From the NCBI GenBank assembly GCA_963827165.1, contig CAWGZR010000010.1, positions 71,394 to 135,393 on the forward strand: DNA of 64,000 nucleotides, written 5' to 3'. This DNA is from Candidatus Bathyarchaeota archaeon. Lineage in GTDB: Archaea; Thermoproteota; Bathyarchaeia; Bathyarchaeales; Bathycorpusculaceae. The stretch's first letter is position 1; each line of letters begins with the position of its first letter. This document shows positions 45,601 to 54,957 of the stretch, piece after piece. The notes under the pieces are model-generated. The model had not been told where the DNA came from. It did no database searches and saw only the letters and a program-made list of their open reading frames with translations. The position numbers and the translations under genes were made by a program.

Positions 45601-45606
45601 GGCCGC

Positions 45607-46356
45607 TTAGGTTTCAAGAAGATTCTGCAGCAATTTGATGGCTGACCATGCCGCCAACGCGCTCGTATGCGGATTGCCTGGGTGAGGGTCGTTTGCAAAA
45701 CGCAGAGACATCTCGCCGAACCGCCATCGAACCTGAATTTCATGCGTGTTCCTCGTTTCAGCTGGGTCGGAAATCACACGAACCTTCACCTTGGCAGGCT
45801 TAACCGTTAACGCTAAAGTGGCAGCAACATTCATCTCCCGCGGAAACAACTTTGCCGCCTCCTCCGCATACCCCTCATAAACAACGTCTTCAACCGCGTT
45901 ATCCTTGCCAAGCGCCTTGGGGTTCTTGCGTGAAGTCAAAGTCACCTCTTCGATACCCGCCAAAGCCGCGCTGGAAAAAGCATCCAAACCCCCGATGGCG
46001 CCCGACGGAACATGAACACGCCTCAAATCAACATCCAACCCAAGCAGCGCACCCGTACTCATCACTATAAGTTCAGCTCCTGACGCAGCAATTTTTGGCA
46101 CATATTCCTTCGCAGCCTGCTGAGAGGCGGCTTCAACCACAACCTTCGGCTTCTGGGCGAGAAGTTCATCCACGTTCTTCGCTATCTCAACAGGAAACTT
46201 GAGCGCGCCTTTGAGGTTTTGCGCTTTTGAATCGTCAATGTCGTAGACTACGAGTTCGTCGCAGACAACAAGTTTCCGTTCGATAGCTTCAGCTAGAACC
46301 GTGCCAATCGCACCGCATCCTATCAAACCAACCTTTTTCTTTACCTTGCCACTCAT
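45607..46356 (-). CDS. nadX: L-aspartate dehydrogenase
   Basis: GLIGCGAIG, VVEAASQ, MSTGAL, PSGAIGGLD, FPREMNVAA, RNTHEI, P.NP.TSALAA. Confidence 0.92.
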   Translation of the reverse strand: MSGKVKKKVGLIGCGAIGTVLAEAIERKLVVCDELVVYDIDDSKAQNLKGALKFPVEIAKNVDELLAQKPKVVVEAASQQAAKEYVPKIAASGAELIVMSTGALLGLDVDLRRVHVPSGAIGGLDAFSSAALAGIEEVTLTSRKNPKALGKDNAVEDVVYEGYAEEAAKLFPREMNVAATLALTVKPAKVKVRVISDPAETRNTHEIQVRWRFGEMSLRFANDPHPGNPHTSALAAWSAIKLLQNLLET

Positions 46357-46570
46357 GCGTTAAGCCTTCACAATGCCATTTTGCTGCCTAGCCGTTAAAG
46401 TTGGCGGTAAAAAAAACTAAAAATACATCTTGAAACATTATCGCGAGAATAGGTTAATGAGGTAGCCGAAAGATTCGTCTGTTGAATGCGTTTTTTAATC
46501 CGCAAGGTTAATATGAATAATTATTCATATGAATGATTATTCATAACATCATGGTCAGGACAGGAAAGAA

Positions 46571-46897
46571 ATGAAAAAAGAGCTAACGAAAATCTGCTAC
46601 AGATTCTTCACCAACCTCGCAAACCCCACCAGACTGGCTGCGATAGAGCAACTCTTGGAGAAACCTATGAGTGTAAACGAACTTGCAGAGGCGCTTGGAC
46701 AAGAACAAAGCATGATTTCACACAATCTCAAACCCCTCCTCCAATGCAACCTTATCGCCATAAAAAAAGAAGGCAAAAAACACATCTACACCGTCAACGA
46801 AGAAACTCTGTTGCCCATTTTCGGAGCTATTGAGAACCATGCTCAGAAATTCTGTCCGTCCGTCGGAAAATGCTTGAATGGAGCAAAATCATCATGA
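46571..46897 (+). CDS. ArsR-family regulator
   Basis: FTNLANPTRLAAI...MSVNELA....EQSMISHNLKPL. Confidence 0.9.
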   Translation: MKKELTKICYRFFTNLANPTRLAAIEQLLEKPMSVNELAEALGQEQSMISHNLKPLLQCNLIAIKKEGKKHIYTVNEETLLPIFGAIENHAQKFCPSVGKCLNGAKSS

Positions 46898-47547
46898 TTA
46901 AAAGGAAAATAGTAAAAATAAACGAATCACTCTGCAACGGTTGCGGCAGTTGCATCCCTAAATGTGCGGAAGGCGCCCTCCAAATAGTAGACGGTAAAGC
47001 AAAAATAATCAAAGAAACCTACTGCGATGGCTTGGGTGCCTGTTTGGGGCAATGTCCTCAAGGAGCAATAAGCGTGACAGAACGTGAGGCGGAACCCTTC
47101 GACGAAAAAGAAGTGCACGAATACCTCAAGAACAAAACAATCCCTTCGCCACCACAAAGCAGCCCAGCCAACTCGACGCCACAGAAGCCCCAGTGGCCTG
47201 TAAAACTGAATCTTGTTCCGACAAAGGCGCCATTTTTTGAAAATGCCGACCTTCTACTTGTTGCTGACTGCGCACCTATTGCAATGAAAAATTTCCATGA
47301 GACACTTATGCCTGGAAAACGAGTTATCATCGGATGCCCAAAATTCAACGACGCCAGAGAATACGCCCAAAAACTAGCAGAAATCTTCCAACAAAACAAC
47401 ATCGCATCCGTAACCGTTGCCCATATGGAGGTCCCATGCTGCGTCGGCTTAAAGTGGGCGACAAATAAAGCTCTTGAGTTATCCGGCAAGAAAATCCCAG
47501 TTAAAGAGTATGAGATAAAAATTGGAGGCGAAATAATTGAGCTCTAA
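46894..47547 (+). CDS. 2x[4Fe-4S] ferredoxin-domain protein
   Basis: CNGCGSCIPKC, CDGLGACLGQCP, QWPVKL, ADC, IGCPK, MEVPCC; ATGA overlap with ArsR. Confidence 0.88.
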   Translation: MIKRKIVKINESLCNGCGSCIPKCAEGALQIVDGKAKIIKETYCDGLGACLGQCPQGAISVTEREAEPFDEKEVHEYLKNKTIPSPPQSSPANSTPQKPQWPVKLNLVPTKAPFFENADLLLVADCAPIAMKNFHETLMPGKRVIIGCPKFNDAREYAQKLAEIFQQNNIASVTVAHMEVPCCVGLKWATNKALELSGKKIPVKEYEIKIGGEIIEL

Positions 47548-47791
47548 AGATAAACCCATGGAAAAGAACCCTCAAACATGCCCTGGACTTCGAGACCTGC
47601 TACAACCTAAACCAGCCTACATTAAATGTCATGTCTGCGGCGGCGATCTGGAAATTTGGAGTGACGAAGACAAGACAGTTTGCCCAAGTTGCGGAGCAGA
47701 GTGGAAACGCCCTGACAAGTCAGCCGCTTGCCTAGAATACTGCCAGTATGCTGACAAATGCAGAGGGATCATAGAATCCCGAAGAACCTGA
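47537..47791 (+). CDS. Cys-rich zinc-ribbon protein
   Basis: CPG, CHVCG, EIWSDE, CPSCG, CLEYCQYADKC. Confidence 0.75.
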   Translation: MSSKDKPMEKNPQTCPGLRDLLQPKPAYIKCHVCGGDLEIWSDEDKTVCPSCGAEWKRPDKSAACLEYCQYADKCRGIIESRRT

Positions 47792-47800
47792 CATAGGAAA

Positions 47801-47821
47801 TTTCTGGGATTAGCCCAGAAA
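47801..47821. terminator. Hairpin between convergent genes
   Basis: TTTCTGGG-ATTAG-CCCAGAAA. Confidence 0.45.
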
Positions 47822-47852
47822 AAACCCCTTCTTGTTTTAATAATTGGTGTTT

Positions 47853-48649
47853 CTACCGGTTTCTTTCGCTTCGAACGAAAAGGAAAGTTCCAACTGCAAA
47901 GAACGCTATCGAAAAGATTGTGATTATTGCTAAGTCGGCTATGGGGCTGTATAGAACTATGTGGCTGTAAGCTGGTGTTCCTTGATATACCTAGTCCTCT
48001 GAGCAAATCTACCTAGATAGGTCATGGGCATGGCATGAGCTAAAACGCCTAAAACCCCGGTTGAATCTTTTATAGGGATAATTGCACCCGAGAGAAACAT
48101 CTGAGCAAACGCAATCATTATCACTCCTTTATCCGCCGTCTTTGGACTGCTACTAAATATCCTAGCTATCAAAGCGCCTAATGAGCCACCTGCTACACAG
48201 ATAATGGGCGCCAACAGAAGAATCCATCCAATCGTTGACAACCCCACGGATATGCCCATAACTAAAGCCACAATAACAAAGGCAAATAGTTGTAGTATGC
48301 TTGTTATGGTGCCTCCTACGATTTTGCCCAAGATGATGGAGTAGCGAGAGATTGGCGCGACAAAGATTTCCTGTGTGAAGTCATTTTCGCGGTCTTCAAC
48401 TAAAGATGTAACGCTCATCATCGTGTTCATGACAAGCGTGTTTGCAACCATCCCTATGAGTGCAAACTGCAAATAGTTATAGCCCAAGCCGCTGCTAAGG
48501 TTTTGTGCAATGCTGCCGCCCAAAATGCCTAGGAAAAGCACGGGCATCATAAGGCTAAAAGCAAGCGAGGTTTTCCAGTCTTTGAAGAAACGGGCTATCT
48601 CCCGGGCACCAATGACTGCAATCGCGTTGAATTCTTTTTGAAATGACAT
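47853..48649 (-). CDS. ABC-2 exporter permease; C-terminus shifted by two apparent +1 G insertions
   Basis: ABC-2 motifs (EIFVAPISRYSIILGK, FLSGAIIP, MPMTY). Removing one base at each CCTAG (48012-48016 and 47990-47994) restores LVDLLRGLVYQGTPAY...GTFLFVRSERNR*. Confidence 0.8.
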
Positions 48650-49629
48650 TACTGAGCCATCTTCCCATTTTTGTCGCCTACTAAATCCATGTAGGCTTCC
48701 TCTAAGGATGGTGTATGAATCTCCATCAAGATCAGGGGCGTCTTGATTTGGCTTAGAATTTGCTGGGGGGTCTGCTGTGCAAAGCTTATTTTGAACTTGC
48801 CGTCTTCAGTGGTTTCTGGCTTAAAAGACTCAAGTTGCGAGCGTAATTCACTGCGGTTATCAGCATCTAGGAGCACATATTTTTCAAGCAGGCGATTTTT
48901 CATCTCCGTTGGCGTACCCAGAAAAACAATTTGACCGTGATTGACGATGCATATTCGGTCGGCATTTTCGGCTTCTTCGATGTAGTGTGTTGTTAGGAAT
49001 ATTGTAGTTTTTTGGATTTTGCTTACTTTTCTCAAATAAATCCATAGGTCTCTACGGGAAACAGCATCTAATCCCTGGCTTGGTTCATCTAAGAACAACA
49101 CTTTGGGTTTATGCATTAACCCCCGAATGATTTCCAATTTACGCTTCATTCCACCTGAGAAAGTTTTAAGGGGCTTGAACAAGTCTTCCCGAATGCCCAT
49201 ATATTCGGCCATCTCCAGGACTTGACTTTGATATTCCTGAGGCATGAGCCGAAAGAGAGGTTTGTATGTATAGACGCCGTAAAGGTTCACGTGTAAACGG
49301 ATATTTTCTTCAGCAGATAGATAGAGATCTAAACTTGGATTTTGGAAAATAATGCCTACGTTCTGACGGACTTCTTTTGCTTGAGAGTTTATATCGTAGC
49401 TGGCGATTGTTACGTTTCCGCTTGTTTTTGCCAGTGTTGTAGTTAAGATTGATATTGTGGTTGTTTTTCCCGCTCCGTTGGGACCGAGGAACGCAAAGAA
49501 TTCGCCGGGTTGTACATCGAAGCTGATGCCGTTCACGGCTGGTTTTTCTGATTTGCTGTATCGTTTGGTTAGGTTTTTGACTTGTATGATTGGTTGCATT
49601 TTGTTTTCGCCCATTTTGTTTAGCACCAA
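48649..49629 (-). CDS. ABC exporter ATPase, DrrA-like
   Basis: GPNGAGKTT, FSGGMKRKLEI, FLDEPSQGLD, TTHYIEEAE. Confidence 0.93.
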   Translation of the reverse strand: MVLNKMGENKMQPIIQVKNLTKRYSKSEKPAVNGISFDVQPGEFFAFLGPNGAGKTTTISILTTTLAKTSGNVTIASYDINSQAKEVRQNVGIIFQNPSLDLYLSAEENIRLHVNLYGVYTYKPLFRLMPQEYQSQVLEMAEYMGIREDLFKPLKTFSGGMKRKLEIIRGLMHKPKVLFLDEPSQGLDAVSRRDLWIYLRKVSKIQKTTIFLTTHYIEEAENADRICIVNHGQIVFLGTPTEMKNRLLEKYVLLDADNRSELRSQLESFKPETTEDGKFKISFAQQTPQQILSQIKTPLILMEIHTPSLEEAYMDLVGDKNGKMAQ

Positions 49630-49638
49630 TAAACCAAC

Positions 49639-49693
49639 TTAACAACGTTAAATAAAAGCTTAACTGTGTTAAATAATCACTTAACATGGTTAA
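49639..49693. promoter_or_regulatory. Three palindromic operator candidates, TTAAC-N3-GTTAA, spaced 21 bp
   Basis: Starts at 49639, 49660 and 49681 between divergent ABC and TetR genes; TATAAA at 49697 follows. Confidence 0.8.
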
Positions 49694-49726
49694 ACATATA
49701 AACAGCTAAAGCACAATCTTACTCAA

Positions 49727-50392
49727 ATGAAACCCAAAAAGACAAAAACGACAGGCATACAGCCTGAAGCCGTAATAAAAGCAGCTTTGGAAATATTAGA
49801 TGCTGAAGGCTTAGACAACGTAACCCTAAGACGCATAGCAGCAAAACTAAACGTACAAGCGCCCGCTCTGTATTGGCATTTCAAAAACAAACAAGATATT
49901 ACAGAAGACATGGCCCAAACCATCCTCACAAACGCAAAACTCGACAAATTTACCCCACCAGCCGACATCAACAATTGGCCTCAATGGCTAGCGGACTTAA
50001 TGCATTGCCTACGTAACGCGCTAATTGCTCACAGAGACGGCGGTCGCGTTGTTGCGGGAGCATCGTTTGGTCGCGCTTACGCTTTAGAAAAAATGTTAGC
50101 TCAAATTGCCAGGGTTTTAAACGAAGCTGGGTTTGACAGCTTTCCTGCAGGTCTAGCTGCCGCCACAACAATCGATTACGTTTGGGGCTTCGTAATTGAA
50201 GAGCAAGCGGGTCCTGAACCCGAAACACTTAGAGCGTACTTAGCCAACCCATCCACCAGGACTAATTCAGAAGACGACACATTCCTAAGCGCCTTTATGA
50301 ACGAATACCGCAAAATAACTCCCACAGAAACCTTTGACTGGGGCTTACAAGTAATAATAACTGGGCTAAAATCCGCCCTAACCAAACCCTAA
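49727..50392 (+). CDS. TetR-family repressor, TetR_C type
   Basis: AALEILDAEGLDNVTLRRIAAKLNVQAPALYWHFKNK; HRDGGRVV; FDWGL. Confidence 0.93.
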   Translation: MKPKKTKTTGIQPEAVIKAALEILDAEGLDNVTLRRIAAKLNVQAPALYWHFKNKQDITEDMAQTILTNAKLDKFTPPADINNWPQWLADLMHCLRNALIAHRDGGRVVAGASFGRAYALEKMLAQIARVLNEAGFDSFPAGLAAATTIDYVWGFVIEEQAGPEPETLRAYLANPSTRTNSEDDTFLSAFMNEYRKITPTETFDWGLQVIITGLKSALTKP

Positions 50393-50444
50393 ACTTTTCG
50401 GAAAGCTAAAAATAAAGCAGTATACACTGATTATTTCTTGTAGG

Positions 50445-50550
50445 GTAATCTGGGGAGCTGGGAAATTGACCTGGCTGAGAGGACGGCTATGTGCTGTCGA
50501 CCCTTAGAACCTGAACCAGATAATGCTGGCGGAGGGAAAAAAGTGGATCC
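50445..50550 (+). ncRNA. TPP riboswitch (THI element)
   Basis: GGGGAGC...GGCTGAGAG...ACCCTTAGAACCTGAACCAGATAATGCTGGCGGAGGGA matches the TPP aptamer core (CUGAGA, ACCUGA, AUAAUGC..GCG.AGGGA); upstream of thiamine genes. Confidence 0.92.
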
Positions 50551-51088
50551 AAACATACTAAGTATAACTAATGACCAACCAATTTCTCAGACAAAACGGG
50601 TAGCGTTAACAGGAGTTATGGCGGCTTTAATCGCGGTGACCACCATAGTTGCCATACCTTTGCCGCCGCCGCTTTCAACAATCAATTTGGCACCGGTAAT
50701 AATATTCACGGTTTGCATACTTCTCGGACCATGGGTAGGATTAACCTGTACAGTGATCGGGTGCGGCATCGGATACTTGGCGGGAACGAGCCTGGGAACA
50801 ATAATTGTTCCACCCGGTTTTCTCTATATTTACTTGGTTGGGTTGGTGGCTGCACGCGGTCCCATGGCGTTAGCTGTCGGTGGCCTACGAAAGAAGAGCG
50901 AAGTTGCAGGCATGGTTCTGGGCGTTGTTATTGAAACGGCGGTTTTCTTTTCTATTGATTTCGTGCTGTTCGGAATAGGCTTCGCTGTCTTTGATTTGGG
51001 AACGTTTGTTGACTTAGTGTTCGTACCCATCACCGTGGCGGTGCTTATTGCGGTTAGAAGGATTTTAGACACAAAGTACCTAAATTAG
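50543..51088 (+). CDS. ECF S component, probably for thiamine or a precursor
   Basis: RVALTGVMAALIAVTT, INLAPVIIF...LLGPWVG; GTG at 50543 lies 6 nt after GGAGGG. The ORF-track start lies inside the riboswitch. Confidence 0.75.
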   Translation: MDPNILSITNDQPISQTKRVALTGVMAALIAVTTIVAIPLPPPLSTINLAPVIIFTVCILLGPWVGLTCTVIGCGIGYLAGTSLGTIIVPPGFLYIYLVGLVAARGPMALAVGGLRKKSEVAGMVLGVVIETAVFFSIDFVLFGIGFAVFDLGTFVDLVFVPITVAVLIAVRRILDTKYLN

Positions 51089-51098
51089 ATGACGAGAA

Positions 51099-51779
51099 AT
51101 GGGCAGTCATACACGTTTTGAGAAGGAACGAACCGCAAAAGACTACGAAGCGTACTACGAAACCAAATACAAAAAAGCAGACGTGCTTGAGAAGAAACTG
51201 ATAACCCAGCTTTTTGCGCAATTTCCCAACGCAAAAAATGTTTTAGAAGTAGGCTGCGGAACTGGACACTTCACAGGATGGCTGAAATCTTCCATAGCCC
51301 TAGAAGCTGTCGGAGTTGACACCTCGTGGGCTATGCTAAGAGAGGCCAAAAGCTTTTTGCCCCAAATAGCCTTAGCTCAGGGGGAAGGTAGCCGTTTGCC
51401 TTTCAAAGACAAATCGGTGGATGTTGTGTTTTTTATGACTAGCCTGGAGTTTATTTCAGATGCTGTTGGAGCGCTCAAGGAAGCTGCAAGAGTGGCGAGA
51501 GTTGGAATAAATCTGGGTCTCATGAACAAAAATAGCCTTAGCACCCTGAAAAAAAGACTAAAAGCTGCAACATTAAACGACTCATTCTACAAGCAGGCAA
51601 GGTTTTATTCCCTTTCAGACATAAAAACAATAATGGAAAAAATTCTTCCCGAAGAGCACGAAATTGTTTTTTGCAGTACGACTGTTTTTTCCAAGCCATT
51701 CAGCAGCAAAGAGTCATCGGTTTTCCCTTTTGGGGGGCTTCTTGGAATAGCAGTTAGATTGGAGGGGTTTGATGAGTAA
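51099..51779 (+). CDS. Class I SAM-dependent methyltransferase
   Basis: VLEVGCGTGHF, GVDTSWAML, LPFKDKSVDVV, SLEF. Confidence 0.9.
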   Translation: MGSHTRFEKERTAKDYEAYYETKYKKADVLEKKLITQLFAQFPNAKNVLEVGCGTGHFTGWLKSSIALEAVGVDTSWAMLREAKSFLPQIALAQGEGSRLPFKDKSVDVVFFMTSLEFISDAVGALKEAARVARVGINLGLMNKNSLSTLKKRLKAATLNDSFYKQARFYSLSDIKTIMEKILPEEHEIVFCSTTVFSKPFSSKESSVFPFGGLLGIAVRLEGFDE

Positions 51780-52824
51780 AACTGGAAAGTTTTCTTATGA
51801 CTTAATTGAAAGGCTCGTTTACCCTAAACTTGGTGCAGACCGAGCTGAGGTGCTTGTAGGTCCAGGCGCGGGGCATGATAACGCAGTCGTCAAGTTGAAA
51901 GGTGGTCAAGTTCTAGTGGCAACCGCGGACCCCCTCTCAGTTATACCCGCTTTGGGAGTAAAGAACTCAGCGTATATCTCGTTTCATTTACTTGCTTCAG
52001 ACTTAGCGACCTGTGGTTTTTCTCCCGAATTTTTTATGGTTAATCTTAATTTGCCTCCTGAAATGAGCGATGAAGATTTCGATACGTATTGGAGCACCAT
52101 AGATGAAGAATGTAGAAAGCTCAACGTCGCGATTGTCGGTGGGCACACGGGCAGATACCCTGGATCAGGATACACCGTTGTCGGCGGCGGAGTCATGATG
52201 ACAATTGCGCCGGAAAACCAGTACTTAGCGACAACGATGGCCAAACCCGGTGACCTTATAATGATGACCAAAGGAGTTGCGATAGCAACAACCGGGATAC
52301 TTTCAAGGGTCTTTTCCGAAACAGTTGAGAAAAATTACGGATCCTCTTTTCTGAAGAAGGCTAAGCACTACCTTTATGATTTTAGCGTGGTTGAAGACGC
52401 GTTGATTGCGGCGTCCATAGGCTTGAGGGACGAAGGGGTTACCTCGATGCATGATGTTACTGAAGGAGGGTTGCTAGGAGCATTATACGAGCTTTCCGAA
52501 GCGTCAAACACGGGTTTAGAAGTTGATCTTTCCAAAGTGATTATCACTGATGAAGCCGCCAAAATTTGTGAACTTTTCAAGATATCCCCTTACCACACCT
52601 TAAGTGAGGGAACCCTAATCTTGACAGTCAAACCCGAAATGGCTTCAGCTGTTCAGCAAGTCCTAGATTTGAAAGGAATAAAAAACGCGGTGATAGGAAA
52701 AATTGTCGATGCAAAAAATGGCAAGTGGACCAAAAACGCAGACAGAAGCGAGATTCTGGGCAAACCTGAGGCTGACCCGTATTGGGAAGCTTATTCTATG
52801 GCAATTAGAGAGGGGTGGAAATGA
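51769..52824 (+). CDS. AIR synthase (PurM/ThiL/HypE)-family protein
   Basis: GHDNAV, ADP, SDLA, VGGHTG, GDLIMMTK, MHDVTEGGLLGAL. Confidence 0.82.
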   Translation: MMSKTGKFSYDLIERLVYPKLGADRAEVLVGPGAGHDNAVVKLKGGQVLVATADPLSVIPALGVKNSAYISFHLLASDLATCGFSPEFFMVNLNLPPEMSDEDFDTYWSTIDEECRKLNVAIVGGHTGRYPGSGYTVVGGGVMMTIAPENQYLATTMAKPGDLIMMTKGVAIATTGILSRVFSETVEKNYGSSFLKKAKHYLYDFSVVEDALIAASIGLRDEGVTSMHDVTEGGLLGALYELSEASNTGLEVDLSKVIITDEAAKICELFKISPYHTLSEGTLILTVKPEMASAVQQVLDLKGIKNAVIGKIVDAKNGKWTKNADRSEILGKPEADPYWEAYSMAIREGWK

Positions 52825-53462
52825 AAGGTTACCCTAAGCTTGGGGGTTTGTATCTTGTCGTTTCACCGATTTTGCCTGACGAGCAACTGCTTTTTGCAAC
52901 GGAGATGGCTCTTGATGGAGATGTAGATCTTCTTCAGCTTTCAGCAGGCAAAGAAACGCCGGGTCTGCACGTTTTGGGAACCAAGCTTGTAGACATGGCG
53001 AGGGAGCATGGGATCCCATTTCTAGTTAACAACAGCTTGGAGTTGGCTAAAGAGGTTAGCGCTGATGGGGTGCACTTAGATGCTTTTGATGTAACCCCAA
53101 CAGAAGCCAGACGCCTTCTCGACAGTGAAGCCATAGTAGGTTATACAGTGAACGTTGATTTGGAAAAAATCAAATGGGCAGAAGATGCAGGTGCAGATTA
53201 CGTTTCGTTTTGTTCAATTTTTCATCAATGCCCTGGCAATCAATGCCCAATAGTGCCTTTAGATACCGTTAAAAACGCGGCATCCGCTACAAACCTTCCG
53301 ATTTTTGCAGCCGGAGGAATAAATTTAGAAAACATTCTGTTGGTTCTGGAAGCAGGAGTGGAAGGAGTCGCAGTCACCTCAGCCATTCTTAAGTCAAAGG
53401 ATCCGCGGAAAACCGCGAGAGAATTTAAACAAATGATTAGCAAATATGGGAAGAAAAGGTAG
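52815..53462 (+). CDS. thiE: Thiamine-phosphate synthase, ThiE type
   Basis: LYLV, FLVNN..ELA....ADGVHL, IVGYT, GADYV, IFAAGGIN.EN, GVAVTSAIL. Confidence 0.8.
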   Translation: MEMKGYPKLGGLYLVVSPILPDEQLLFATEMALDGDVDLLQLSAGKETPGLHVLGTKLVDMAREHGIPFLVNNSLELAKEVSADGVHLDAFDVTPTEARRLLDSEAIVGYTVNVDLEKIKWAEDAGADYVSFCSIFHQCPGNQCPIVPLDTVKNAASATNLPIFAAGGINLENILLVLEAGVEGVAVTSAILKSKDPRKTAREFKQMISKYGKKR

Positions 53463-53486
53463 CTCGAAAGACCTTTCCAAATGATC

Positions 53487-54365
53487 TTATTTTTTGAGTT
53501 CTGATAAGACAAAGTTCACGATTTCTTCGGCGATGTTAACTTTGGCAACGACTTGGAGCCCTTTCCACCCTGGCTGGCTGTTAACATCTACAATTCTCGG
53601 TCCCTGAGGTCCTTCAAGGATGTCCACTCCCGCAATTTTGCATCCCACTGCCTTGGCGGATTTAATCGCTAATTCCTCGAATTCTTTGCTGATTGTAGCG
53701 GGTGCGGGTTTGGCGCCTCGGCTATAGTTGGTTTTCCATCCTTCCGCGACACGACGCATGGATGAGACCACTCGATCACCGATCACAAAAGCGCGAATGT
53801 CTGAGTGTCCATGGGGTACGAATTCCTGCATGTAGATAACGCCGTGGTGGAAGGTGATGGCTTTGAAGATTGTGTCAGCGATGTCTACGTCGTTTACTCT
53901 TGTTGCGCCTTGTCCGCGTGAGCCGAAAATGGGTTTAACAACTATGTCGCCGCCTAACTCATCGAAGGCTTTGAGAGCTTCGTTGACGCTTTCAGTTGCT
54001 AAGGTACGGGGTACGGGAACGCCGATGTCTTCCAAAAGCGCCAATATGTCATATTTGTCTACACAGTGCTCAATAGCTGTGGGCGGGTTCACCATGTAGA
54101 AGCCTTGGCGTTCAAGCTTGTAGAGCATGTCCATTCGGAAAACCAATTCCTCAAGAGAACCGCGTCCAATTGGGCGGATGATGAGGGCGTCCAAGTCGTC
54201 CAGTAGGCTGATGTCGTTGACTTTGAAGCAGGGTTTGTAGGCGAGTCTTGCGACGAGTCGTGGAAAAGTGAAGCATTCGTATGGGATGCTCCTTTTGGTT
54301 AATGCTTCCCGGACTTGGGTGCTGCTCCATGCTTCGGGGTTACGGGTCATTATTCCAAATCTCAA
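53487..54365 (-). CDS. RimK-family ATP-grasp L-glutamate ligase (MptN-like)
   Basis: DKY, VPVPRT, IVVKPIFGSRG.G, QEFV...SDIRAFVIG, WKTNYSRG, DVNSQPG. Confidence 0.88.
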   Translation of the reverse strand: MRFGIMTRNPEAWSSTQVREALTKRSIPYECFTFPRLVARLAYKPCFKVNDISLLDDLDALIIRPIGRGSLEELVFRMDMLYKLERQGFYMVNPPTAIEHCVDKYDILALLEDIGVPVPRTLATESVNEALKAFDELGGDIVVKPIFGSRGQGATRVNDVDIADTIFKAITFHHGVIYMQEFVPHGHSDIRAFVIGDRVVSSMRRVAEGWKTNYSRGAKPAPATISKEFEELAIKSAKAVGCKIAGVDILEGPQGPRIVDVNSQPGWKGLQVVAKVNIAEEIVNFVLSELKK

Positions 54366-54462
54366 GTTGGATCTAATCCTTGCGTATCTTTCTTGAAGAG
54401 ATGCTTAATTGCCTGTGCTCTTAAATGTTCTGTGACCAAAAAAAGGAAGGCAAAGTTATTTG

Positions 54463-54957
54463 CTAAAACTTGCTTTCGAAGAAAAGACTTATTTTTTCTT
54501 TGTTCTTGCCGATTACGTCCCCTATAAATGCTCCCGAAATCAAGCAGATGATCAGGGTTGTCGTGGCGAAAAAATTGTTTCCTATAGAACTCGCGATTTG
54601 AACCCGAAGGCCAGTTGCATTTGAAAAAAGCACTATGGCTGCCCAAATGCAAAACCCGATGACGGATGCTCCGACAAAAAGAAACGTTGCCCTGCTAGAA
54701 ATTTTTAGGGACGATGATGTGAATTTTAGGTAGTAGGCGAAGCCTATTATGAAAAGAACGCTTCCTAGCAAAAGCCCTATCCCTGCTGCAGCGACTTTCA
54801 TCGTGTACCCGTAAACTGACCCGAAAACAACCATCGTCACGGTCAGCATTAGCCAATAGGTTTTGCTTGATGTTATGCTTGTGGTTTTAGGCTGCACTTT
54901 GTTTTTTATCTTTGAGTCAGTCTTTTTGGGATGGTTTTTCGGGTAAGTTTTAGGCAT
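54463..54957 (-). CDS. Hypothetical four-TM membrane protein
   Basis: Basic N-terminus followed by four hydrophobic segments. Confidence 0.7.
   Translation of the reverse strand: MPKTYPKNHPKKTDSKIKNKVQPKTTSITSSKTYWLMLTVTMVVFGSVYGYTMKVAAAGIGLLLGSVLFIIGFAYYLKFTSSSLKISSRATFLFVGASVIGFCIWAAIVLFSNATGLRVQIASSIGNNFFATTTLIICLISGAFIGDVIGKNKEKISLFFESKF

Noticed and set aside
50489-50542. ORF-track N-terminus MCCRPLEPEPDNAGGGKK
   Set aside because: It is a translation of the TPP aptamer; the GTG at 50543 fits the ribosome site.
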